This document shows positions 50,884 to 63,938 of a stretch of 64,000 nt of DNA, in pieces (position 1 is the stretch's first letter; each line of letters opens with the position of its first letter). Under the pieces are notes generated by a model that searched no databases, was not told the DNA's origin, and was given only the letters and a program-made list of their open reading frames with translations. This stretch comes from Spironucleus salmonicida. Its lineage: Eukaryota. Position numbers and translations under genes: made by a program. The stretch is from the NCBI RefSeq assembly GCF_000497125.1, contig NC_090596.1:1240001-1304000 (forward strand). Direction: 5' to 3'.

Positions 50884-52092
50884 TCAGTTTTGGTCGACAA
50901 GACCAATGAGTACTGTAATATTATCAGTTGAACCCAACAAATATGCCATTCTAGTCATTGTAGCTGCACAGCGGTCTTCTCTGGTCATATTTTAGGTAGG
51001 CTCAGTACAAACTTTGAAGTTTACAAATGTCATACCAGCCGCAGCAAGTAAACATTGATCAGCTTCTTCAACGTTGCCTTCCATATAATATCTGGCAACT
51101 TTTTAGAATAATTTCATCTGATCATCTAATGGATATTCTTCTTCAGGTTAAATTAAACCAAAACAACCGCGAACGATACTATCTACTTATTCGTTGTTTA
51201 AAACATCAAATAAGCCGTCACATGCTAATAATATATATTCTAAGTCATCAACTTCGAAAACATGTACATCAGGTTCCGCAATAACACCAAATTATTTATA
51301 TTCGTCATCTCCAATAGCTCTAGATACAGCAAGCATACCATTTACTCTTGGCACACCGAACATTGTGGTAACAAAACTACCCGCAGCTTCAACTCGAGCT
51401 CTTTCACCTATTTCATTAGGTTTATGGTCATGAGTACCTTCAATATATTTCTATCTAGTACCGATGACACATCTAGCATCGCCTGCATTAGCAGTATACA
51501 AAACATTACTTTCTGCATCAAATACTGCAGCAACAGCAGTACATCCGCTTTATCTACAAGTCTGAAGGAAAGCTCTATCCATTTATAAAAAGCATGTTCG
51601 TAAAGCACTATCAATAGCAGCTGGGAACATTTCATTTTATTATAACATCTGAGTATAGTTTTCTCCACAGAAAATAGCAGCCTAATCTCCTGCATGACCG
51701 TCAAACACACCAGCAATATTAAATCTTCTACCATCAAGTTCAACAAGTGTAACAGCATGAGCATCCTCATTAGTAGCTCTTCTACCTTAAATAGTACAAT
51801 GGCCAAAGCTAATGAAAACTTCAGGTCTAGGTGCTGAGATACCAGCACGTGCACGCAATTGGCGCATCTACAGTTCAGCTGCTCTTGCGCGTTACTATAA
51901 AGCAAGTGGGCGTTAAAGAGATTCGGATGCAGATTTTGCTAGCTCAATATGTTTATCAGCATCTACAACTGTTTAGTTAGCTTCTGACAATAACTAATCA
52001 CATTACATAATCAACTCATCTAATTAAGGAGATATCGATAAAATCTATGATTAATCATAAAAAATAGGAGCTACAGTAGATGGGATTGACAT
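50884..52092 (-). CDS. Protein phosphatase 2C, 402 aa
   Basis: QGRRATNEDAH, GVFDGHAG, SGCTA, ANAGDAR, DHKP, LAVSRAIGD, LACDGLFDV, GSTDNIT. Confidence 0.95.
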
Positions 52093-52105
52093 TTTAGCTT
52101 TATTT

Positions 52106-52113
52106 GGAGTGGA
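52106..52113 (-). promoter_or_regulatory. C-rich TCCACTCC motif 13 nt upstream of the PP2C ATG
   Basis: The same motif recurs just upstream of several ATGs in this window. Confidence 0.6.
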
Positions 52114-52483
52114 CGAAATGTTATGTTTATTTAAATATTATACCATATGAGGATATTTAATTTTCATTTATATACAACGTATTTACTATCAGTTTTTCGA
52201 ATAAAAATAATACCTTATAAATAGAAATACTATATACAACACTATTAATTATTTCCTATTATATACTTTTTGTAAACTTGTTCGCATTTATTATTGATAA
52301 TTTCTGACTTTGCTAATGCTGCCTGTTTTCCGGATAACTAGAAACACTTAACCCCGATTTCTATTATTCTGTAATACTACCATAAAAATAAAATTAACTG
52401 CTTCATTTAACGCAAACCTTGCTAATATCATTTTTCTCTCAGACTGACTTCCTACTAATGTTACTAACTTATCTTTGAATTTA

Positions 52484-52900
52484 ATGGACCCACTTGACTG
52501 TGAAATCGACAACTTGAACCATGCTACCTTGAAACTTAACTCATATGAGCCCCTGAACACGCTCTACTCATTCATAGACACTGAAGACATTCCAGGATTC
52601 CTAGCCCACCTTTCTGCAATCGACATCGACATTCTACGCGATCTAGCCTTCACACCGCTCATGTACGCGATTTAGGAGCAAAAGACCAAGATGATCGACT
52701 TTCTGCTATCGCTATCTGAAAATAGCCAAACTGAGCGCCAAACGCTTATTTCGACCCGCAAATCGGTCGATTTCGCGCTCCTGGACCTTGCAGGCACCCA
52801 GAATGACCAGAAAGTGCTTTAGAACCTCATTTTAAAAATCGAAAATTCCAATTCAAATTCGATTTTCCACTCCCTCTAATACACTTCCTCCAAATCGTGA
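52484..52900 (+). CDS. Small ankyrin-repeat-like protein, 138 aa
   Basis: FTPLMYAIQEQKTKMIDFLL. Confidence 0.65.
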
Positions 52901-52910
52901 AAATTTTCGC

Positions 52911-54947
52911 TCACTTCGTGGCCTTCACGACGACCTCATTGGCCCTCACGTCGAGCTCCTTTTTGGGTGGCAGAATGACGCCCAGCCCTACCGTTCCGGC
53001 CGCGAGGAGCTGCTTGAACTCGGGCTGAATCTGCCCGTCCAGGAAGATTTCGGTCAGATTTTGAAGCTCAAAATCGCCCAAAACGGCGCGAATCAGCGCC
53101 GAATTCTGCGCGTTTTCGCGCATAAACGCAGCCGTTTCGTGCGGTGAGTCGTCGAATTCGACGTCCGTTTTCCTCAGCTTTTCGGCACCGCAAGGGCCGC
53201 AAAATGGGCCAGAAATCGCCTGAAAATAGGCGTCGTGGATCGAAAAAATCTCATCGAACCAGTCGTTCTCGGCCAACTCGCGGACCTGAGATAGTTTCTC
53301 GGATAGTTTTTCTACGGGAAAATTCTACAGTTTTAGAGCGTATATTAATCTAGATATGCCATTTAATGCCAAAATATCGTTTTCGCTGTAGAAATCGATT
53401 TCCGTAAGAAGTTCTTCTTGCAAATCTGAGTTTATGAGGCTTACACAAGTCCTGCAGCTATCTGCAATGTCAGCGCAAACGGCGTCAAATGCGTTAATTG
53501 CGACCGTTGCGAGGCCGGATTTGGAGTTCAGCGCTAAAAATCTGGCCAAATTCGGAGAAAACGTACCACGTTCTCTGAAGAGATGAATTGTGAGGTCTTG
53601 GACGTCATCGAGGCTGATTTTGCCTACGAGCTGCTCGAACGTGTCGAATGCTGCTTTTCTGGGCATTTGTGAGAGCTGCCCGCCAGTTTCGTTGAAAGCG
53701 CAGGAAAGAAGAGCTTTTTTGACGATTTCGTACTGATTTTACGCTAAATCGTGGTGTTTCATGTAGTCCTCGATCATGCGCACTGCGCACTCCCTGGCAT
53801 CCGGCGAATCGCTCTTCATTCGCTGAACAGTAAAGTGAACCACCTATTCGCAATCTCTCACAGTTTTAACGCCGCAAAGCGCTCTTTTGGCCAGTACAGA
53901 AATCGGCTTCGCGGAGTGGAAAGTCAAAATGTACAAATCGAGGTACAAATCGTCCAAATTCGCTCTGAAGTACTTTTGCATGTAAATTGACGCCGTGATT
54001 CCAGCGTCGATTTGGAGCGGTGACGCGTGCTCTAGCAAGGGTTTAATGAACGAATTTGCCGGCTAGATCGCTAGAATCAGTGCGTTCTGATAGATTCCAG
54101 ACTGCGCGGCCACCGACATCTCCGCCGGCAAGGACATGTATAGGCGCAGAATCTGCTAAATCGTTTCAATTTGAGGTGTTTGGCTCTTCCTTTTGACGTA
54201 AAAATCGTGCGTTTGCGTGTGTACTTGAACGGCAACAGAAATTGCCTGCAAAATTCCGTGAGTCTGCGCGCTGAAGGCGCTTGAAATTTCGATTTTTGAG
54301 ATCAATGTTTGAAGTGAAAAATCGAATTCAAATTGGGATAAAAGTATGCCAAACGCCTCAGATGCAGCTTTTCTGGTTTTCTGGTCGTCTGAGGAGAGCA
54401 TTTAGAAGACGTTCTCGTAGCAGGTTGAAAAGTCATGTTTTTAGGCGTAAAACGTACGGCAGAGGGCCCTGCATGTGTACCAGTGCACGTAGTCGTTATC
54501 TGTTTTAACCGGTGAGTTAAATTTTAGGTTATTTAGTAAGTAGCTCAAAGCGTCGTCTCTAAAGGACTTTTCTAGGACGTAGCCGCAAAAAACTGCCATT
54601 CCTTCGTTGGTAGTGAACTTCTCATTAGTAAATACAATTTCTTAAACATCCTAGAAGCTCAGACAGAGAGCTGCTGCGTCGCGAACTTCGCGTTTCTCAT
54701 TTTAAATATCAATAAACGCTAGCAATTTAATAGTTTCAGATTAAAAATTTTTGAGAACTGAGTATGCAGTGAGTTTTCGCATCCAGTGAGGCTGCTAAGC
54801 TACTTTACAGGCATAATCTATGCTTTATTGCGTTGGTGTTGTGCGGAGCAAATCAAATAATTCTAACGTTAAGTGGTTTAATTCTGGGATAAGGTGCACA
54901 GTTTCCTATGGTAAAAGAATATCAAGACGTTCATAAATAGTCGGCAT
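52911..54947 (-). CDS. HEAT/ARM-repeat protein, 678 aa
   Basis: Four track fragments share a frame with ATG 54947; HEAT-like EKREVRDAAA and DDQKTRKAASEAFG. Confidence 0.8.
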
Positions 54948-55660
54948 TCAAAGAAGTGGGTGATAAAATATATAGTAAATTATATTATAATATAATTAAT
55001 CTTCAAATTTGATGAATATGTTAAAGCATTGATTTTCGATTAAAAGAATTTATTTTTGTAACTAGGATTGTAAACTGAAAGTTTTACTTCTGTATGTCAG
55101 TCTCGTATCTATTAAAATATTACTTGCAGCTATAGCATATAATATTAGCAAAAATCATATTCTGTGAGTTCTGTAAAGCTTAATAATTTGAATACACTAA
55201 ACCAGCCGCAACAATAAATTAATATATTAAAATAATAAATCCAAAAACAACTGTAAAGTTGTCCTGAATAACTGTTCTGCTAATAAATTTATTTAATTTT
55301 TATTAATAAGTATATTTTTTAGTAATGTATTAAGAACAATAATATAAATAATATATACAGGAATAATAATAGGTGAAAATGCTTCCTATATTATTATAAG
55401 CTAAAGTTAAATATAAGTCCAAAAGCCCAAAACTGCGAGGTGCATCATTACTTTAAAATAATAACTCTGTCCTTAATTATAACAAAAGTTATGATATTAG
55501 TACTATTAAATTATATCAGAATAAAACTATAATCAATAAATACATGTAAATTTAATAGATAATGAACAGTGTAGACAATAATTTAAGTAATAATTAGCAT
55601 TAGTAATAAAAATTTAGAGATAAAATTAAATTTAAAATTTTTGTATTAGATTAGCCTAGA

Positions 55661-56125
55661 ATGAATAGCTCTGATTTAGAACTAATTGAAATATTATATT
55701 AAGAAATCACTCATTAGTCACAATACTTATGTTCGATTGACTCTCTTACACGTCAAAAAATGATTCAATTATCTATCAGAAATTTTAAGAATCTAAAGTC
55801 TCATATGCATGCATTGTTGCTTCCATATTAAGACTAAAATATTTTCAAGCATAAAGGCCTTCTTTAATTTGATATTTATAATAAATCAATAGACTATAAT
55901 TTGAACACTGAAATGTATTAAAAAATGAATATTTGTTTAGAGAAAATAAAGCTTAGTATTGAAAGTATTTTTTCAGATAATGGGTACTTTTTTAGATATA
56001 TATTATTTTTAAAATATTAAATAAACTTCCCAAATAAATTTATATTATACTTAAGAGAAGAATAATGGGTTGATAGTTGCATTAAGTACTTTAACACTGC
56101 TTTAAGATACTTATTTTTTGTCTGA
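55661..56125 (+). CDS. Possible hypothetical protein, 154 aa
   Basis: ORF only, in AT-rich sequence. Confidence 0.4.
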
Positions 56126-56832
56126 AGTACAGTAGCTAAAATATATGGTACTAGTTACCTTAGTAGTTCAAATCTTAGTAGAAATTATTATACAGAATTC
56201 TGTTATGCAAAATTATGGTATAATGATAATTCGTCTATTAATGAGTTCAAACTATTTTTGATAGTATGTTCCTAAATTATTTGGATTGTCGTAAATAAAC
56301 TATCTATATTTATAAAAGATTAGTAAAGGTTATTCTTTGTTTTATAATGGTTACAGTAAACTATATTATGCAATATAGATAAATTAATAGGATTATGCGT
56401 TATGTTGATTTTTTGAATACTAATTTCTAATTTATTAACGTAATAGACACTACAAATTTATCATTAACATAAAATATGAAAATTATCATCTATGAATAGT
56501 ATTAAATATTTCATCTTATTTTAATTATTATGAATTAACTATTATTTCAATGAATAATTAACATGTAACTATACATATATAACAATAAATTTTATTAACT
56601 TGTTTAAACTAATGTTTGATTTATAAATTAAAATTTTAAGTCATCTTATACAGTTAAAAATTACACAATGTTATATCTATAGTTTTATTATTGTAAATTA
56701 ATTATTAAACTTAATTGTTAATTGAATGTAAATTAGTGAAATATGTGAATATTTATAGCTTTTTAAAATATGAATGTTATGCTTATTAATTGCTATTTCC
56801 AATGAATTATATTATAAAATCAACACTAATAA

Positions 56833-58050
56833 TCATATGTTAGTGCTCTCGCATAAATCTATTCTGCTTTAACCAGATACAATATATTTTTAAAACAATT
56901 GCGTAAGCTCTGACATTGTACAATATGATTTTCCTACACATTCTAAAGTGTTGACTTATTTTCCTAAATATTTCACACTTATTTGATCTTATTTATTCAT
57001 TTCAATTTAAATAAAAGCTGCAAATTTAGGCTAATCACAATTCCAGTTACTATTAGTTAAAACTGTCATTAAAGGTGCTAGTGTAGTATCATGTGCAGTA
57101 ATAATACTCATTTTTTATGTATCCGTTGTTAATTTTTAGATAATATCCGAAAATATTGGACCAATATTTATTTAAACAATTTTTACCATATCATTTTTGT
57201 CTGCATTACAAAACCAGTGCTTCCAATATGCATTATTGGCTTTTTCAATTTATTTATAAACTGTATCAGTTACTACAGAAGGCAACTTATCTCCACGTCC
57301 AGTAATTGCACGTAGTGAATCCCACATCATATACCAATCCCAATTTGTGGTTTTAAGATATCCATTATATTAATTAAGCTCCACCTTAGTAGGGAAGTCA
57401 GACTCATACTTGACATAATTATTTTCCTTTAACTTAGTCTACCAAGTACAAGGCCATTATGGATGGTATCCATCGTTTAAATTTTCTACCATTTCTACAT
57501 CAAACTATTTGTTATTCGGAAAAAGTACAGAAAGTTATCCCAATAAAGAAGCTCGTGTTCGAGTAGTATTTGTGCTACGTAATTTTATCTCAGATGGATT
57601 GTAGTTAGATTATATAAATCCAGAATCTATATAATCCTTTTTAAGGATTAAACCTACTTCTTGATGCTACTAAAATCCTTTTTTAACCAATTCTCCAGGA
57701 GGACATGGTGTAGGCGTGGTAGTATTAAGTAAGATTAGCTATTTATCATATGATATCTTTTATGGCAAATCACATTACCATTCAGGAACCACTGATTAAG
57801 GAATTTTAAAAAAAGACGTTCTGGCCCCATGTCTGGCTATTACAATAACCTTTTTAAGATTAGATTTAGGTGTCATTGTAAATATGATAGCTAAAACAAT
57901 TGTGACAATAATACACACCGCGATTACTAAAAGTGCAACACTTATAATAACACCTCTTTTCTTTAAATTTTTAGAATGGTCCATATTAGGACATTAATGC
58001 ATAATAACAATGTTTTGATCATTATCAGATAATGCTGGTATTATTGTCAT
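56833..58050 (-). CDS. Histidine acid phosphatase (branch 2), membrane-anchored, 405 aa
   Basis: N-terminal TM, ARHGART, LRSTNTTRTRAS, TAHDTT. Confidence 0.92.
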
Positions 58051-58621
58051 TTTAAAAATTAAAACTAAAATAGTAAGCTCGTTTAACAATTTTATATTAA
58101 TATTATAGAATACACAATATGGTAATAACCATTAGACTATTATTTTAACTCAAAATTACTATTATTTGCACAGCTTAGATTGGGTTATAATTGACTTGAA
58201 TATTTAATAAAGTATTAGAATATATTCTGAAAATACAATGAAATTACTGATATTATTTAGAATAGGGTATATTATAACTATTTAAAAATTTAAAAATGAT
58301 AAATGATCAATTTTCTTCATTCCGGACAATGAAATAAAATAAGAGTAACTAATAGTGTTTAACTTAATAATATATTTGCACAACAAATATTTGAATCTAA
58401 GTTATTAAACAAAAATTTATTAATAATGATAAATATAAGTAGCATTTCTGAGCTCTTAGGTTTCACAAAAATTTAAATAATAATTACTTAAGCTTCATTC
58501 AGAACAACATGAAATATATATCTCCTAGAATGGTTTAAATAAACTTTATCTACTAACAAAATTCATTATTATAAGCGAAAGAACTTAGGTTATAATTAAT
58601 AAAATAAATCAATCACTAAAT

Positions 58622-59350
58622 TCATTTGAAATATTTTACCATGTCAATCGTTATTAAAATAGACTTACAAAACTTGTTTGTATATGTATCTTAGTCCTAA
58701 TATAATACATATATATCAGATATATGTTTTTAATATTTAAGAAACATAATTTATCGAAAAGTCCTTCCCTTATCCTAAAATAATTATTCATAATATTTTT
58801 TAAGATTAACAAGAATAAGATCTACTTCCTTTTAATTATCTTAACAGTTAAAAATTAAAGTGCCTTAATACTTAATAAGTCTAAATTTTTCAAGTTTAAT
58901 AGGAAATTTTACGCAATTTTACTTCTACTTAATAAAACTTCTAATTATATCAACAATTAGCCTCTTTCTTTATGTTTTAATAATATATGCTACTTCATCT
59001 CCAAATAAAGATTCTTCGATAAATTTAACCTCTTAGTTATGTCTTGAAGTAGAGTATTTTACTTTAATTTTGATTTTTCCAATATTGGTTATATCAACTG
59101 TATCTTATAATGGTTTCCGCAGTTTAGGTGTGTATTACTTAAATAAAATTTAATTACTGGCTCTTTATAATTCAATTTTTTATGGAAGTTTAGAGAAAAT
59201 ACCGATATAACTTGATACTTTAAATCTATTATGTTCATATACTAGAGAGTTCTTATTCATCAATATTGATTAATTAAATGTGCTATGCTTTCGTAAAGTA
59301 TTATTTGTTCCAGATATGGAGCACGTTTTTAAGATTCGGGAAAGCTCCAT
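58622..59350 (-). CDS. Hypothetical protein, 242 aa
   Basis: TGA-free frame from ATG 59350. Confidence 0.55.
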
Positions 59351-59473
59351 TTGATCTTACACTATAGATATATGAGATAATAGCATAGTATGGTAAAATA
59401 CAATTCCAAAAATGTTTAATACTAGTATTATATATTATTAATTTATCATCTCTTTCCTTTTATCTTTCCCTAA

Positions 59474-60313
59474 ATGAACCGTCGTAATTCTCGTCTCAGA
59501 ATGGAATTCAAGCAGAGAGCTCTTTAGTAGACTTCAAATAATGATGCTTACGAAGCACGCTAAGAACTGTAAAATGCATTGACTGGAGTTGCTGCTTTAC
59601 CTTCACATATGTAAAAAGATGCAGTTTCATTAAATACCAAGTCTAAATACGATGGTGTAGATTCCCCAACGTTAGAAGATGAGTATTCTCATGTTACAGT
59701 GCCTAAGATTTTGCTCACAACATCGCGAGAGCCATCTCCTCGTTTAAAATTATTTTCGAAAGAACTTAAAATAGTTTTCGCTAATACATAAAGAGTAAAT
59801 AGAGGCTAAACAACAATAAACTAACTAGTTAATTCAGCTCGTGCAGCAGATTTTTCTGATATTATTATTCTACATGAGACACGCGGTAGACCAGACGGTA
59901 TGGTCGTCTCACATTTACCGCACGGTCCAACAGTTTATTTCAACTTGAACCAAATTTAGCTTAGAAGTGAAGTTGGTGGCGACAATTAACCTGAAAAAGC
60001 GCCGCAATTAGTTTTTGAGGGTATGGAAAGCAAAATCGGAAAACGAATAACATAAGTTATGAAACATCTATTTGATCAAGCAAAACCAGAGAGCGAAAGA
60101 GCAGTTAGTTTTGTGAATCGAAGCGATTGTGTAGTATTTAGACAGCATGTGTTTGAACGGGTTGGAAAGGAAGTTTTACTGAAAGAAATAGGTCCTCGAT
60201 TCAATATGAATCCTTACAGAATACAAGTAGATGCGATTGATGCAAAAGCACCTGATGTTGAATGGCAGTTAAATACCTTCTCTAGTGCTAGTTTTAAACA
60301 ACAAATTCTGTGA
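59474..60313 (+). CDS. IMP4: U3 snoRNP protein Imp4 (Brix domain), 279 aa
   Basis: PKILLTTSREPSPRL, LHETRGRPDGMVVSHLPHGPT, FRQH, LKEIGPRF. Confidence 0.93.
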
Positions 60314-60381
60314 AATTATTTTCAATTTTTATTTATTAAAATATAATATTATGTATTATAATAATATTAATACCATTCCAC

Positions 60382-61035
60382 ATGAGCCTCTAATTCTTTG
60401 ATCAAATTAATCCAATCTTTCGTCCTGCATTAGAGCGCCCTCAAGGTTATGACAAGATATAGCAATAGGCTATCAAGACATTACAGGATGCAGATTTTTA
60501 ACGCAAGCTTGAAGAAACGTAGGCAGCTGCTAAACTGAAGTTGGATGCTTAATAAACAACACTTACAAGAAATTTAGAAGCCATAAATCGATATAAAGCT
60601 AAATCTATTTAAAACTCAACTTTTAATTCATCAACCGATCTGGATGATGACCAGACACTGATTTTGCTTTAAAATTTCGTTAAAGATCATCTGATAAAAT
60701 TCTTCTAATCAAATTTAGAAGCCCCAAAGGACGAAACAGCGGCAAAATTCTCTAAAATTCTTGCTTTCAATGAGGCCTTAAAGCATTATATCATTGATAT
60801 GAATTTGAAAGACAGAAAAAGCGGTGAAAGAGAAGGAATTGCCCAGTCAAAGCTAAGGCCTGAGAGACTTTTCAAACCTAGCGAATTTTATGGGAAAATT
60901 GTTAAATAGTTTGTTAAAGATGTTTTACAAGGATAGCAGAGTATGGGAAAAGGATTTCGGGCAGTAAAATTTGACGGGCAGGCCATAAACGCTAAAAATA
61001 TGAAGAATGCAGAAGAGGAGGCAATGTTCGGATGA
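60382..61035 (+). CDS. Hypothetical protein, 217 aa (weak Ebp2-like motif)
   Basis: Intact ORF; LFKPSEFYGKIVK loosely resembles Ebp2 RPxDYFAEMxK. Confidence 0.6.
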
Positions 61036-61189
61036 TGGGTGATTTATTTAAGGTTATCGTTAAATTTTAGCAGGCTTTCGAAAAATAAAAACCAATATAA
61101 ATTCTACGTAATTAATAAACATCGATTCGAATAGATAGGTATTAAAATTACATTATATATTATTATATATTAGTAACTATATTAACAAA

Positions 61190-61606
61190 ATGCATTTATT
61201 ATAAAAATACTAAAAACATAATGCATAGGACATCTTGCAATTAAAATTATTGCAATAATCATCTCTAATTGTAATAAATATTATAGATATAAATTCATAT
61301 TGTAGTTTTACCACTCATAGTTTTGAGATCAATATTTAACGATATGTCAGTCGGCATAAATATTATAGCTAATTTAAGAAAAATATTGATACATTTATAT
61401 AAATAAAAGGCATAAATTGCCGTGTATCTCCATAAATTTTCTAACTTTTGTAAATATTAGAATGGCCGATACTTTATATAAGCAATCCTAGTGAATTTAC
61501 AACCGATCTATTAAATTTCCTTGACCCACCCTTGAAACTTATAAAAATATATGATATAACCAAACTACACACGGAAAAGATCATTATTCACTCGTTTCAA
61601 CCCTGA
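61190..61606 (+). CDS. Hypothetical protein, 138 aa
   Basis: ORF whose TGA abuts the stop of the convergent gene. Confidence 0.5.
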
Positions 61607-62320
61607 TCACACAATCATCTCCACGCACTCCCTACAGCTTTATGCGATCTAGCTAACCTCTGCGCATATATCATCACTTCCAGGGAAACCAACAATACCA
61701 AATCGGCCTCTTTAGATTTCTTCACCATCCCCGATTTACTCAAACACTGCATTTTTATCAAATTATACAACCAAAATTACGTTATCACAGCGTACTGCCA
61801 TATCTTATCCTAACCAGAACTACCCATTTGGTCTTTCTTTAAATTCAATGCGTACTTTTTCAGCGCTTCCGCGAAAATTTTCCATAAATTCTCCCTTTTC
61901 GTCTACTTTTTCACGTAGAAATAACCCACTACCTCGAATAAATTATAATCGTTTCGCCTCCTATACTAATTGCTACAGAATGCGAAAATGGATACGGTTC
62001 CATTCTAATTCTAATATTGAGCTGTTTGTGAGCACTGTTGATAAAAGAACTGCCTATCTGGCAAAAGCCCGGAGATAATGAGCAGATGATAATTTAGATG
62101 CAACAATAAGTTATATTTTAGAATTTTAGTCGAAACTCAGTGAAAATGTCTCGAATTGTAGGAATGTCAGCGGCATGAATGACTTCTACTAAACTGCTGA
62201 GAAGAAGGATGTAATAAAAGTTGATGTTAGTTAAGGATAAGTTGATAATATAGGATTAATTATTATATGTGAGAGTAACTTCCCTGAAGATCTTTCATTA
62301 ATAAATACTTCAGCGGCCAT
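61607..62320 (-). CDS. Hypothetical protein, 237 aa, possibly longin-like
   Basis: ATG 62320 preceded by CCACTCC; MAAEVFINERSSGKLLSH...FITSFFSAVQQ. Confidence 0.65.
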
Positions 62321-62732
62321 TATAATTATTTTTGGAGTGGCATAATTTAGATTATATTCTATATAAATAAACATATATCTATTTGAAATAATACGTTTAT
62401 ATGGTTAATATGTATTAATTTATAGAACAATTATGCAGTATCTCAGTTTTTTGAAATTATAGTCAATTTTAGTTAAAAAAAACCTACAGTAAAATAAAAT
62501 TAGTTGTAATCAATAATTTATATTAGAAATTATCATTTTATAAATTAGTTGTCCTTTTAGTTTACTAAATTAAATAAAATACTAAAATAATCATATATTC
62601 TAAATATTCTCACAAAACTACTACTTTTCTAACATATATTATAAAGTTAGAATATACTTATGCTTAACTAAAAAAATTCAGTATGATATCACAATACACT
62701 AATAAAATAATATAAAAACTTAAAGAAAAAGC

Positions 62733-63275
62733 TCAAAACATACCCTCCTAACTTCTTAAATATTCGCCAACATCACCCTGCCTAATAACAATTTTGACAC
62801 CGTACTCGCTTCTCATTGCATCAATCCCGCTTTTTGTGCTGACTCCAAAGCCAATACCAAACCCATCGGTATCACAGACTAAAACACCTGCTTGGTCTGG
62901 AATCTGATCAGTTATTTTACCAATTTGAGCTCTATTTACATCATTTCCATATAGGAATCCCATAGTAGCGTTTTTAGTGAGATGAACTCGGTGAGGAGCG
63001 AACTGCTCAAGAAGTGGCAGAGCAGGGATAGATAGATGGAATCTGCCATGATGCGTTAACTTACCTATAAAAACACCGGCACCACAAAGATTGTCTGCTG
63101 CTGCTGGGTGGCAATAATTTTCTAACGATTTTGGTAGATAATAAACACGGTTTTTGATTACACGGAAAACGAAATCTGCATCCTTACGATCTAATAATAT
63201 TTTAGATGCTTCACCTATAAATTTTGCTAGCTTTTCAAACATAGCAGTCGCTTCGGTATCCTTGAGCTCACGCAT
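62733..63275 (-). CDS. NIP7: 60S ribosome biogenesis protein Nip7, 180 aa
   Basis: MRELK..E..MFEKLAKFIG, FLYGNDV, QGDVGEYLR; extends past TAG to TGA 62733. Confidence 0.95.
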
Positions 63276-63280
63276 TTTTA

Positions 63281-63288
63281 GGAGTGGA
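63281..63288 (-). promoter_or_regulatory. C-rich TCCACTCC motif 5 nt upstream of the NIP7 ATG
   Basis: Recurrent motif, preceded by an AT-rich TATA-like stretch. Confidence 0.6.
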
Positions 63289-63401
63289 TTGCGGAGGGAA
63301 AACGATCTATTATAATATATAAATATGAAAATACATTACATTACACATTTATATTTAAATTTTATCTATATATTATTTTTAAGTAGTCTTTCCTCATAAA
63401 A

Positions 63402-63938
63402 ATGAATTACGGGCAAGGTAATAGTTAAAATTATTAATAATAAGGGTAGTATGGTAATAATTATGGAAACTATCATTAAAGTAATAATTATTAAAATTAA
63501 AATAACTAACATTAAAGCCATTCGCATCATAGTATGTAACATTAATAAATTGTTTAGATTATTTTTTATTAATAAAGCATTTAAGATATATAGGGTCAAA
63601 TGATGAATTTTAAAATACCATAAATTAATGATATTTTTAGTAGAATGTAAATTAAATAGATCAACGACTCACTTCTTCTAATCTTTATATCATTTAATGA
63701 TGCCTATCTATTTTATATAGAGTTTGTTAAACTAAATATTAACTGTTCAATAGCACTTAACAAATTATCAGAAATAACAAAAAGAGCAGATATCATAGCG
63801 TCAGATTAAGCTGCAGGTGAGCAGATATAGAAAATAAAGCAAGAAATTAATTCATTAAATCATAATTTATTAAAGTAATAATTAGCAGACAAAGTGGAAC
63901 TTCAACATTTCATAGGCCAGCTAAAGAAGAGAATGTGA
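63402..63938 (+). CDS. Protein with a Q/N/Y/G prion-like N-terminus, 178 aa
   Basis: MNYGQGNSQNYQQQGQYGNNYGNYHQSNNYQNQNNQHQSH..., then a possible RRM-like segment and a coiled coil. Confidence 0.72.

Noticed and set aside
63366-63599. Hydrophobic 77-aa minus-strand ORF
   Set aside because: Antisense shadow of the TAA/AAT-rich prion-like region.
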